Made by a program: the position numbers and the translations under genes
Shown: one piece after another, positions 1-10,373 of the stretch
Layout of the letters: every line of letters begins with the position of its first letter
Position numbering within the stretch: the first letter of the stretch is position 1
Assembly: GCA_965214095.1 (NCBI GenBank)
Contig: OZ243938.1
Location: 4,576,001-4,640,000 of the forward strand
DNA length: 64,000 nt
Source of the DNA: Candidatus Poribacteria bacterium
GTDB taxonomy: Bacteria > Poribacteria > WGA-4E > WGA-3G
Direction of reading: 5' to 3'
The notes under the pieces: generated by a model
What the model was told of the DNA's origin: nothing
Databases searched by the model: none
The model's input: only the letters and a program-made list of their open reading frames with translations

Positions 1-1131
1 AACTCCACCAATGAGCACACTAATCCGTTTGTCAACTGCTATAAGAAGTGCAGCTGCAAGGATGGTAAGTACTGGATATAGAATCAACAGATGACGTATG
101 AAGGAGACCTTAAACGTTCCAATAAAGAGTAGATACGGAACTACAAAAGCAAGGATAAAGAATCCTGTGCGAATTTTTTCGTTTGATTTTGACAGTTCTT
201 TGTAAGAAAGTATCAACTTTACTATAGCAAACACTATAGCAATAGATATAAGTAATGCAAGTGGTAAACCCACACCCCACTTCAAGAGTGTCCACAAATA
301 TAGAAATCGATCTATCCATCCTGTATCACCCGTTGCGAACAATCCGAAATGTCCGCTATGATAGTGTTTGGATTCATACCAAAAGTCTTCAAAGAAATGA
401 TTCCATTCGGACGACAGTATGTCAATCAACCAATACGGACAAACAACCGTAAATGTCAAGGCACAAACAGCGATTATTGCGACAAACTTCCGATAAAAGT
501 GTTCTGTCCGAATAAAAATGACAAGAGATAGAAGGACAAAGACAGTTGGGAACTTCACAGCGATACATATCCCACTCACAATCCCAAGCCATATACAGGT
601 TCGGAAAGTCAGACCAGAATCTCTGGCAGCGAACCACAGGAACAGTGTCACACAGAAAGTGGCTGGAATGTCAACAAGTGCAAAACGGGATTCATTCGTC
701 GCGTGCAACATAGCCACCGTCAAGAAAGCCGCAGCAATCTGACCGACCCGTTTATTATAACACCTTGTACTGAGACAATATGTTAGCCAGATAGTGCTGG
801 TGGATAGAACAACATTGATGAACCGTGCTAACCAAATCACACGTGTTTCTGTTATATCCAATCCGAAGATTGAAAGCACTTTCCCAACGAATGTAATCAG
901 ATAGAACCATGCAGTTCCGGGCCAATTATATATTTCTGGAGGCGCGGAGAAATTGATAAGATTTATGATGTCTTCTGCAATCAGGACTTCACGTGGATCG
1001 GGGGTATCGGGTAGCCCCACACCTATTCCAAGAACGCGTATTACAAAACCGACAACAAGAATAGTAGGCATCAAGAGAATAGATAGGTAGGATGTGTAAT
1101 TCCTTAGCAGGTTAGGCGTTTTTATATTCAT
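1..1131 (-). CDS. GT-C fold membrane glycosyltransferase (GT39/ArnT/PMT-like), 3' end outside window
   Basis: Manual translation from ATG at 1131 (MNIKTPNLL...). Many TM segments; GLPDTPDPRE loop after TM1, LARFINV, SRFALVDIP, AVKFP motifs. Starts 2 nt after the GNAT stop. Confidence 0.75.
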   Translation of the reverse strand, partial: MNIKTPNLLRNYTSYLSILLMPTILVVGFVIRVLGIGVGLPDTPDPREVLIAEDIINLINFSAPPEIYNWPGTAWFYLITFVGKVLSIFGLDITETRVIWLARFINVVLSTSTIWLTYCLSTRCYNKRVGQIAAAFLTVAMLHATNESRFALVDIPATFCVTLFLWFAARDSGLTFRTCIWLGIVSGICIAVKFPTVFVLLSLVIFIRTEHFYRKFVAIIAVCALTFTVVCPYWLIDILSSEWNHFFEDFWYESKHYHSGHFGLFATGDTGWIDRFLYLWTLLKWGVGLPLALLISIAIVFAIVKLILSYKELSKSNEKIRTGFFILAFVVPYLLFIGTFKVSFIRHLLILYPVLTILAAALLIAVDKRISVLIGGV

Positions 1132-1133
1132 CG

Positions 1134-1730
1134 CTAACGCGAGACTTTTGCCCACAATTCAATTGGCAACAGTTCTTGGACTTGTGAAATTTGATCAGTA
1201 ATATGTGGGAGTTTAAGTGTTTTAAAGATGCCTTGCCATCGTTGTGTTTGAGTTTCGTCTACATAGACAGGTATAAATCCTAAATTGAGATAAGTCTTGA
1301 TTGCGGGGAGACGAAAATCGTCTGTATCAAGCATAGAACAAGTAAACCCATTCTCTTTAAAATAGAATAGGACAGCAAGCGATGCCCATTTACCGAGTTT
1401 TATCCGTGTGTGTGCACCTACAACACCAACCATGTGGACGTATCCAACATCTGTTTCATCAACAGACTGTCTCCATGCACAGGCAGTGGCGATAGGTATA
1501 TCTTGGTGTGTAATAAAATAGAGTCCATCAGGAGCAAATACGTCACGATTGGTAATTTCGTTTTGTGTGTCTTGTGCCGTTCGTGGTCTACCACCGAATG
1601 AATCACTAATGATGTTTGCCCAATGTATCTCATCCCCTTCTCGGTAAGTTCGCAGATGGTATCCTGAGGGTAGTTCTAATTTCGGTAAATCATTGAGGTC
1701 GGGTCTGACCATTCTGAGCTGTCGTGCCAT
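1134..1730 (-). CDS. GNAT family N-acetyltransferase
   Basis: VHMVGVVGAHTRIKLG motif A and AIKTYLNLGF motif B. Confidence 0.8.
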   Translation of the reverse strand: MARQLRMVRPDLNDLPKLELPSGYHLRTYREGDEIHWANIISDSFGGRPRTAQDTQNEITNRDVFAPDGLYFITHQDIPIATACAWRQSVDETDVGYVHMVGVVGAHTRIKLGKWASLAVLFYFKENGFTCSMLDTDDFRLPAIKTYLNLGFIPVYVDETQTQRWQGIFKTLKLPHITDQISQVQELLPIELWAKVSR

Positions 1731-1790
1731 CTTCTAATACCATTTGATATTGTCATAATTGCAGTTGTTTGAGTTGTCTTAACTTTCTTC

Positions 1791-1819
1791 AGTATATTAG
1801 ATAGCAGAATTAGTGTCAA
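1791..1819 (-). promoter_or_regulatory. sigma70-type promoter for GNAT-GT39
   Basis: Minus strand reads TTGACA-N17-TATACT. Confidence 0.65.
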
Positions 1820-1850
1820 GTGAATAGGACTAAATACATATCATAAAGTC

Positions 1851-1879
1851 TTGACATTTTCACTGAAACTTGATATACT
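1851..1879 (+). promoter_or_regulatory. sigma70-type promoter with extended -10, facing an ORF-less region
   Basis: TTGACA(1851)-N17-TATACT(1874), with TG at the extended -10 position. Confidence 0.7.
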
Positions 1880-1886
1880 CTTTTTT

Positions 1887-2199
1887 GCAGTCGGCATTGG
1901 TTCTGATTGATGCGGTGGTAGACCGCTTGGCAGTGAAACAATTAGGTCCAAGTCTTGCAATTCAATACTGCTAAAGTTTTCAAAAACATCTATTGCACGT
2001 TTAGGGTAGACGCATTGAAAAACGCTCACCCGTTTGAAAATCACGTGTCAAAAACAAATAGTTGCCTTCGGGCAAGTGGTTGGCTTAGCAACCACTGTGG
2101 TGACGGATTAAGACGTAGCTCTGATCAGCACTGTCTGTGAAGCACTAGTCCCAACCTTTAGGTTGTGGGTCACTATGACCTCAATATTCATATTATTTT
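1887..2199 (+). ncRNA. Candidate structured RNA / non-autonomous IS200/IS605 derivative with TnpB omega-RNA-like 3' end
   Basis: Successive hairpins GCGGT-ggtag-ACCGC, TTGCC-ttcg-GGCAA, GTGGTT..AACCAC and CCCAACC-ttta-GGTTgtGGG. The layout CTGTGG..TAAGAC..TGAAGCA..hairpin..TCAC/TGAC resembles tnpB right ends. No credible ORF. Confidence 0.5.
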
Positions 2200-2278
2200 G
2201 TAGGTCGGGTAGAAGCGATAGCGAAACCCGACTTTTTATAGTGTCATGTCGGGTTTCGTAAACTCTACCCGACCTACA
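2199..2278. repeat. GTAG-family REP doublet (REPIN-like inverted pair)
   Basis: TGTAGGTCGGGTAGA..CGAAACCCGAC / GTCGGGTTTCG..TCTACCCGACCTACA long inverted repeat. Confidence 0.8.
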
Positions 2279-2312
2279 ATCTATTATGACGGTTTTTTAA
2301 TTAGATATGGTA

Positions 2313-3359
2313 TTATACTGCAAGTTCAGACAACTTGATCGACTGTCCTCCAGTTTCTGCTGACCTATCAGCGGCAAAAACGACGCGGTGTGTTTCAAAT
2401 GCCGTATCAAAATCTGTCAACGGCATCGGTTCGTTTCGTCCGATGCTATCTATGAATGCTTGGAACTGCGGTTCATACGGGTGATCACTCACATCACCGG
2501 AGTCAATGAGTGATGTTTCAAGTGTGCTCCACTTACTTTTGTCCATTCCTTTTAGTTTTGCTGAATAGATTCGGTTATCAAGCAAACTTCCTTCACTTCC
2601 AACAAGGTGAATGTGGAAATAATATGGTTGCAGGCAATCTACACAAGAGGTAACTTTACCGATTTTCTGTCCTCCCTCAAACTTTAGCAGACTGACACTG
2701 GTAGTTTTGTATTCGTAAGGTTGAAATGCTTCACCTATGGATTTTGTATGATAACTGGTTACTTCTTCAACATTGCCATCCATAAAGAAGAGTAGTGCAT
2801 CAAGTGCATGACACCCCGCAGTGAGCAATGTACTTCCGCCGAAGTCCTTTTTGATATTCCATTCATATTGTCCATACCAAGGTCCAATGCCGTGGTAGTA
2901 ATCCACCTCTGCGTAATGTAGTTCTCCGAGTAGACCATTGTCAATTACGGAACGGATCATTGTGAAATGTGCACTATAACGGCACTCAAAACAGACACAT
3001 ACATTGACCCCTGTTGATTTTATAGCATCACGGATTGCCAAAGCATCTTGATATGTGAGACATATCGGTTTTTCAATGATAAGGTGTTTTCCTGCTTTTG
3101 CAGCAGCGATTGCCTGTTCAGCATGAAAAGGATGCGGTGTGCAAATATCAATTATGTGTATGTCAGGATCGGCAATCATCTTATCATAATCGGTATATGC
3201 TTTTAGCGGTGTGCCATAGGTTTCAGTTAATACAGATTCATCATGTTCGCGTCGTGAACAGATAGCGGTAACATCTGCCCCATCAACCGCTTTGAATGCT
3301 TCAATATGTGCACCTGCGACCCAACCAAGTCCAACAATTCCAACGTTTAGGTTTCCCAT
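2313..3359 (-). CDS. Gfo/Idh/MocA family oxidoreductase
   Basis: GIVGLGWVA Rossmann motif, [30 protein letters not shown]. Confidence 0.9.
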   Translation of the reverse strand: MGNLNVGIVGLGWVAGAHIEAFKAVDGADVTAICSRREHDESVLTETYGTPLKAYTDYDKMIADPDIHIIDICTPHPFHAEQAIAAAKAGKHLIIEKPICLTYQDALAIRDAIKSTGVNVCVCFECRYSAHFTMIRSVIDNGLLGELHYAEVDYYHGIGPWYGQYEWNIKKDFGGSTLLTAGCHALDALLFFMDGNVEEVTSYHTKSIGEAFQPYEYKTTSVSLLKFEGGQKIGKVTSCVDCLQPYYFHIHLVGSEGSLLDNRIYSAKLKGMDKSKWSTLETSLIDSGDVSDHPYEPQFQAFIDSIGRNEPMPLTDFDTAFETHRVVFAADRSAETGGQSIKLSELAV

Positions 3360-3423
3360 TACTAACTCCTTAAATTGTTTTTACGATATTTTAGCACAGT
3401 TGCAATTGTTTTGGAAAAGATAC

Positions 3424-3581
3424 TGTAGAATCACAGGTTTTTTTCGGATGACGCGGATAAACGTTTGGTATTTTTGAGTTCCGTTTTTAAGAAAGACGGT
3501 TAGCATATGTGAATGGTAAATTGATGGGTTAAAACCTTGTCCGTGCATTCCGTGTAATCCGTTTTAATTTGAGATTCAGAA
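3424..3581. repeat. Degenerate inverted-repeat element (CGGAT-tACaCGGA type)
   Basis: Left arm gaatcacag..cggatgacgcggataaacg imperfectly matches the reverse complement of the right arm, gaatctcaa..cggattacacggaatgcacgg. Confidence 0.35.
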
Positions 3582-3630
3582 AACACGGAAGTTCTACAGT
3601 TGAATTTCTCCGATTCATGTTCAAATTATT

Positions 3631-3659
3631 TTGACATAAAAACGATAATATGCTATAAT
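3631..3659 (+). promoter_or_regulatory. Consensus sigma70 promoter of guaB-like gene
   Basis: TTGACA-N17-TATAAT with extended TG. Confidence 0.8.
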
Positions 3660-3732
3660 TTAAAATAGTTGGCAAGCATTTTTTAGAAAAAGAATAGCGA
3701 ACCATTCTCACCCACCATAATCTATTAAATAG

Positions 3733-5250
<1,518 letters not shown>

Positions 5251-5285
5251 GATTATACTGAATTCTTCAGAAAGGAATATCGTTT

Positions 5286-5834
5286 ATGAAAGTTAACGAA
5301 GAGATGTCATTTTGGGATAGACTCTATATCCCAGCATTGCTTAAGGGGATGTTCACAACGTTAAAGCACATCCCGAAGAAGAAACTAACCGTCCAATATC
5401 CTGAAGATCCGCGAAGCGTCAATGAACGTAATGATCGCTATCGGGGTATCCACAAATTAACCACTACAGAAAAAGATGAAATCAAGTGTGTGGCATGTTT
5501 TTTATGTGCGACTGCGTGTCCAGCTGATTGCATTACAATACAGGCAGCACCTGCCCCAGAAGGTTGGACAACCAAAGAAGGTTACCAACGTGAAAAATAT
5601 CCTGATGTGTTTGAAATCAATATGCTCCGATGCATATTCTGCGGTTATTGTGTAGAGGCATGCCCAGAAGACGCTATACGTATGACAGGACTGACGTTAC
5701 CACAATACTTCAGAGAGCAACAAACTGAAGGTGAGAAACTTGGTGGTAAACGTAGTGATTTCATATTTGATCGTGATATGTTAGTCGCAAACAATGACAT
5801 TGCTCAGGAAGGATTAAGTGTTGACGCAAAGTAG
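5286..5834 (+). CDS. nuoI: NADH-quinone oxidoreductase subunit I (2x[4Fe-4S])
   Basis: TVQYPE, RYRGIH, CVACFLCATACP, FEINMLRCIFCGYCVEACP. Confidence 0.85.
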   Translation: MKVNEEMSFWDRLYIPALLKGMFTTLKHIPKKKLTVQYPEDPRSVNERNDRYRGIHKLTTTEKDEIKCVACFLCATACPADCITIQAAPAPEGWTTKEGYQREKYPDVFEINMLRCIFCGYCVEACPEDAIRMTGLTLPQYFREQQTEGEKLGGKRSDFIFDRDMLVANNDIAQEGLSVDAK

Positions 5835-5873
5835 CATATAAGATCGTATTCTGATAACGTGCTACAATCGCGC

Positions 5874-5902
5874 TTGTAATTTGGGTAATACTGTTGTATA
5901 AT
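5874..5902 (+). promoter_or_regulatory. Possible sigma70 promoter of MT-A70 gene
   Basis: TTGTAA-N17-TATAAT. Confidence 0.5.
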
Positions 5903-5930
5903 ATTATAAAGTTTAGTCTGTTAACTTAAT

Positions 5931-6509
5931 ATGAATTCGCACCCGCCATTCCCGAAGAAAAAATATCAAATACTCTACGCAGATCCACCCTGGGACTACA
6001 AAGGTCAACTGCAACACACAGGTTCAGGTGGAAAAGATAGTGGTGGAGCCATACGTCATTATCCGACCCTTTCTGTTGATGAAATGGCTAATTGGAATAT
6101 TGCATCCATTACTTCAGATAACTGCCTGCTTTTCATGTGGAGTACATCACCGCATCTCGACCAAGCCATACGGTTAGGTAAAGCCTGGGGATTTCGTTGG
6201 GCTACAGTTGCATTTGTATGGGATAAATGCCGCGTAAACCCTGGATTCTATACAATGAGCCAATGTGAATTGTGTCTTGTATTCAAACATGGAACAATTC
6301 CTCAACCGAGAGGGTTGCGTAATATTAGACAACTTGTGCAATCACAACGTAACCAACATTCAGAAAAACCTGATGAGGTACGCAAAAGGATTGATGAGAT
6401 GTTTCCTCAACAGAATAAACTTGAACTTTTTGCACGTAAGAAAGTTAAAGGTTGGGATGTGTGGGGACTTGAAATTGAGAACGAATTGAATATGAAAAAT
6501 ATCACCTGA
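5931..6509 (+). CDS. MT-A70 family N6-adenine methyltransferase
   Basis: YADPPW catalytic motif, LFMW, FVWDK, HSEKP, KLELFAR, GWDVWG. Confidence 0.9.
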   Translation: MNSHPPFPKKKYQILYADPPWDYKGQLQHTGSGGKDSGGAIRHYPTLSVDEMANWNIASITSDNCLLFMWSTSPHLDQAIRLGKAWGFRWATVAFVWDKCRVNPGFYTMSQCELCLVFKHGTIPQPRGLRNIRQLVQSQRNQHSEKPDEVRKRIDEMFPQQNKLELFARKKVKGWDVWGLEIENELNMKNIT

Positions 6510-6595
6510 AGTTTTCTCAGCAGAGACGAACTTCAGATAGTTTGTAAATTCTAATCTGCGAAGTAACTACATAGTATTTCGTATGATTAAAGCTG

Positions 6596-9379
6596 ATGTG
6601 GAGGGCATGTTTAATTGACGCAATGAATGATATATCACTTGATTTAAACGCTGACTCACTCTTTACATTAACCGATAAAATCAAAGCTGGTCTGGAAGGA
6701 CGAATAAGTTGGGGTGATACTTTTGGATTAGCACTCGGCAGTAAGAACAAACAACATTTGATCATTTGGACACCGAAGGTGACATCCGAAAACGCAATTC
6801 TGCCCGGGTTTGATTCAAAAGACGGTAATCTAACTCTAAAAATAAAATATCGTCCAGGGGCATGGATATCCTGGATTGATGAGGAAAAGGTACAAGCCGA
6901 TGCAATTGACGATTATGACCGCGTTCACAAGAGTGTTCAGGAGTTAGAACGTAATACACGGCAAATCACTGATTTTGCTGATGGTGTTATTACTAATATC
7001 ACTGTTCAACACTTGGGAAAATCGTTGGCTCTTACCGAACTGACAGAAGAAGTCTTACAAGTACGTTTGTCATTACCTAACAATATTAAAACAGGAGGGT
7101 ACATACTTTCAAAGTCAGGAAATATTGATAGGAATACAGCAAAGGTTATAATTCCTGAACAGACACACATTAATAGAGTGCATCTCAACGAAGATGAAGT
7201 GGTTAGAGAAATTGAGAAAGAAGGATACGATACTGCTTTGGTTGTCATACGTACGCTCAATAAACAGTATCCAGATCTCCTTGATTTAGAATACACTTTA
7301 GCTTTACATTCACGATTTGTTGAAGAATCAGAAGATGAATCGGATAGCCAAGTGAGAATTCTTCCTACTGCAGCAGTTCTCAATTCACTTGAACCCAACG
7401 CCATCAAGTTGCGACCAATTGAATTCAAGGCATCAAAAAAAGAAATTGAAGACGCAATTGCTAAGTGTACAGAAACAATCGATAATTATATGGTCAAAGC
7501 AAATCCCCATGCATATCAATTGATAATGCAATATCAACAAGGGGTTGAGACTCGACTGAAAGCTCTCATGCTGAATCGAGGTCAACAAATTCATAATAAA
7601 GTTTGGGATGACCTCGTTACTCGTGAATTGTCGAATACATTGAATACGTTTTGTGATTTCTTTGCAGAATATCTGGATGAACATTTTGTGGAAGATGCTT
7701 CAAGAGAGACATCGCAATTTCTTAGAGACAAAATCGAACCGATAATAGAGTTTTGGCAGCTACAAGAGAATGAACAACTGACCTTTAACCAGATGATTCA
7801 GTCAACTTATACCCTAACGAATCAGGTTGTTGAACATGCCAACGCACTATTCCATGATCTTGTTTTTGAAACAGAGCTTATCGCTTCCGGGCTTATTAAT
7901 TCGGTTGATTTAAAGGTATATTCCAATGATGTATTACAAGAAATAATACCTTTGCCAGAATGGACATCAGGAACTGTACGTGAAAAAATGACACGTTTAG
8001 TTTTACGGTCAAACTTCTATCCACAGCAAATTGAAAGGCTGCGAAGTTTCATGTTAAATCTTCTTGAGATAGCAAACTTTGCATATCGGCACAACCAGGA
8101 GTTTGAGCAAGTTATTGAACCGATTGAGTCTATACTATTGTCATCTAAATCTTCATCTAACCAGCGTAATAACCACTCAACACGCCAAAAAACGAAATTC
8201 CCTGGATTTGAAATTAGTGATGCAGAACTTGAGGGTATTGTTGGTCAGATTGAAAACTATGATGCCATTATTGAAATGTGGATTGAGAATGTACCTACTG
8301 AAACTGAAAAACTGAGTGTATATTATGCGACTTTGTGGAGTTTAATCCTTAATGGAAAAACACGTGAGAAATTATTATCGGCATTTAAGCCTACATGCGA
8401 CATCAATATCAGTGTGCCTGAACAGACAAAACGTCTGATGAATCTTACCTTAAATAGCCAATTGGTCGTAGGAAATGAAAAGGATCGCAAGAATCTGGAA
8501 CGTAACTTGAATAAAGTTGTTATGTCAAAAACTGGACATAACTTACAGGATATTACGACTACAGAGAAACTTGCAATCCATGGCGACGTTACGCTTTCAC
8601 TTCTACGAGAAGAATTGGTACGATATGATGAGACTCTTGCGAAGCGTGCGAGCCGGTTTACGAGTCCACAACGAAAGGACAAAAAACGGAATGCAGTTAA
8701 TTCCAAAAACAACGGGCAAGTAACCTTTGAAACGATTCAGGCAGAACAGAAAAAAGTTGCTGATATGATCTCGTTCTTGAAACCTTATAGTGAATCAGAT
8801 GTCATCAGTAAACTGGCAAATGCTGGACTCAAAAGAAATGGTTCTGAAATTGAAGATTTTCGAAAACAACAAGTCCTAAGTTTCGATCTTAATGATCTCC
8901 CTACTATCGGTGATACTTGGCTAACAGAAGTCAAGACTTTGGATGATTATCCAAATCTGCGGGTATTTCTTTTACAGAATAAACTGCCAATTTCCACAAC
9001 TGGTCGGATATTAATGGAACTTCGTAAAATACTAACCGATGATCTCTTCAATCAAGTTTTAGGATTAATTCAAGAGGTGAAAGAACTGCAGCAAAGTAGT
9101 TATCAAGGTGAAGTATTAGATAAATTTACATCTTATATATCTGAAAAAGTGTGGCGTTGGGAATTAACTCAGATTACCACTGAGGAACTACCCATTGTCG
9201 TAAAGGAAAAGGTGTTAACTTCTGCTGTATGCTATGAAAAAGAGGTAGAAAACTTGATGGAATATGTTGACCGATATGACGAATTACTTGAGACTAAACT
9301 TGTTGCAGAATCGGAGATGGATGTGCAACGTGAAAATCTTGAATCTCGGTTTCAAGAGATTGTTGATACACTTTTATAG
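6596..9379 (+). CDS. Large hypothetical, mostly alpha-helical protein (start may be 6623)
   Basis: 927-aa open frame; no recognised motif, signal peptide or TM segment. Confidence 0.75.
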   Translation: MWRACLIDAMNDISLDLNADSLFTLTDKIKAGLEGRISWGDTFGLALGSKNKQHLIIWTPKVTSENAILPGFDSKDGNLTLKIKYRPGAWISWIDEEKVQADAIDDYDRVHKSVQELERNTRQITDFADGVITNITVQHLGKSLALTELTEEVLQVRLSLPNNIKTGGYILSKSGNIDRNTAKVIIPEQTHINRVHLNEDEVVREIEKEGYDTALVVIRTLNKQYPDLLDLEYTLALHSRFVEESEDESDSQVRILPTAAVLNSLEPNAIKLRPIEFKASKKEIEDAIAKCTETIDNYMVKANPHAYQLIMQYQQGVETRLKALMLNRGQQIHNKVWDDLVTRELSNTLNTFCDFFAEYLDEHFVEDASRETSQFLRDKIEPIIEFWQLQENEQLTFNQMIQSTYTLTNQVVEHANALFHDLVFETELIASGLINSVDLKVYSNDVLQEIIPLPEWTSGTVREKMTRLVLRSNFYPQQIERLRSFMLNLLEIANFAYRHNQEFEQVIEPIESILLSSKSSSNQRNNHSTRQKTKFPGFEISDAELEGIVGQIENYDAIIEMWIENVPTETEKLSVYYATLWSLILNGKTREKLLSAFKPTCDINISVPEQTKRLMNLTLNSQLVVGNEKDRKNLERNLNKVVMSKTGHNLQDITTTEKLAIHGDVTLSLLREELVRYDETLAKRASRFTSPQRKDKKRNAVNSKNNGQVTFETIQAEQKKVADMISFLKPYSESDVISKLANAGLKRNGSEIEDFRKQQVLSFDLNDLPTIGDTWLTEVKTLDDYPNLRVFLLQNKLPISTTGRILMELRKILTDDLFNQVLGLIQEVKELQQSSYQGEVLDKFTSYISEKVWRWELTQITTEELPIVVKEKVLTSAVCYEKEVENLMEYVDRYDELLETKLVAESEMDVQRENLESRFQEIVDTLL

Positions 9380-9390
9380 GAACATGCAGT

Positions 9391-10311
9391 ATGAAAATAT
9401 CATTGATAGGAAACAACCATTTAGCACTTTCAGTTGCTTGGGGTATCTCTCAAAATGAGTTGGCACAGCAAATAGTCATGTTTACAGGTTCCGAGGCAGG
9501 AATTAAACATGTCAACCGGAGTACATCAAATCGGAAGACAATTGCTGATGGCATTGAAGACCTCACTATAGCAGCTGCAGTGAGTCCCAGTGACACACAA
9601 ATAAGTATGGCAAACTCCTCAGAGGAACTATCCGATTCACAAGTAGTTGTCCTGCTGCCTGCGTCCTTGCCCTTTGGTTTTCACGCTGCACACGCTTTAA
9701 AAACAACCAATCTTGCCATTACTCGCCAAATTTGTCAAAATATTCAAGATAGTCTCCAGAATGCAATTGTATTGATAGCAATGCCTTATGCAAACCACAT
9801 TGCTGCATGGATACATCAAACACAAGACTTGAATAACATCATTGGAATTGCTAATGGAGTCTCTACAGCACATCTAAAAGCTGAAATAGCAAACCGACTC
9901 GCTCTCTCTGTTAATGATATTTCTGCTTTGGCTATTGGTAATGACGAAGTCACTTATCCGTTACCCCAAAATTGTAGGGTCAATGGCATTCCGTTATCAC
10001 AATTGATGGATGAATCTGACATACAAGAAATATCGGAACTCGTTTCAAAACGATGTCCCTATACTTCGGCAAGTGAGTACACATTAGCAAGTCATATTCT
10101 ACAAGTTCTTTCTGCTATCAGTCTGGACAAGAAACGTGTTATGAGTGTTGGCACATTAATTTCTACTGATACGACTTCTGTTTTCCTAAACGTTCCATCA
10201 AAAATCGGCAGCAACGGTATAGAGTCAATTATCCCATTAGACCTAACGGATTCACAGCGAGAACAGTTTAAACAACTCGTCGCGCAAAGTGCATCACAAA
10301 ACTTTAGTTGA
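9391..10311 (+). CDS. Malate/lactate dehydrogenase-fold protein lacking catalytic residues
   Basis: Colinear with MDH (MKISLIG, DSQVVV, IIGIA, VNGIPL, LDKKRVMSV, VPSKIGSNGIE), but GxGxxG, the substrate Arg residues, DxxR and the GxHG His are absent. Confidence 0.7.
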   Translation: MKISLIGNNHLALSVAWGISQNELAQQIVMFTGSEAGIKHVNRSTSNRKTIADGIEDLTIAAAVSPSDTQISMANSSEELSDSQVVVLLPASLPFGFHAAHALKTTNLAITRQICQNIQDSLQNAIVLIAMPYANHIAAWIHQTQDLNNIIGIANGVSTAHLKAEIANRLALSVNDISALAIGNDEVTYPLPQNCRVNGIPLSQLMDESDIQEISELVSKRCPYTSASEYTLASHILQVLSAISLDKKRVMSVGTLISTDTTSVFLNVPSKIGSNGIESIIPLDLTDSQREQFKQLVAQSASQNFS

Positions 10312-10373
10312 CACCGATAAATTTCCATTCTTGACGATTTCTCCGTAATGTTCTACAAACAGTGAGATAACTG

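Noticed and set aside
1900-1945. CTGATTGA...GAAA as hammerhead ribozyme core
   Set aside because: The core deviates from CUGANGA and GAAA does not follow stem II directly
1841-2140. Short ORFs 1841-2044(-) and 1955-2140(+)
   Set aside because: No RBS or protein motifs; the region is better explained as structured RNA or an IS remnant
5931-6509. Complete MunI-like restriction-modification system
   Set aside because: No recognisable endonuclease, and CAATTG sites occur repeatedly in the window
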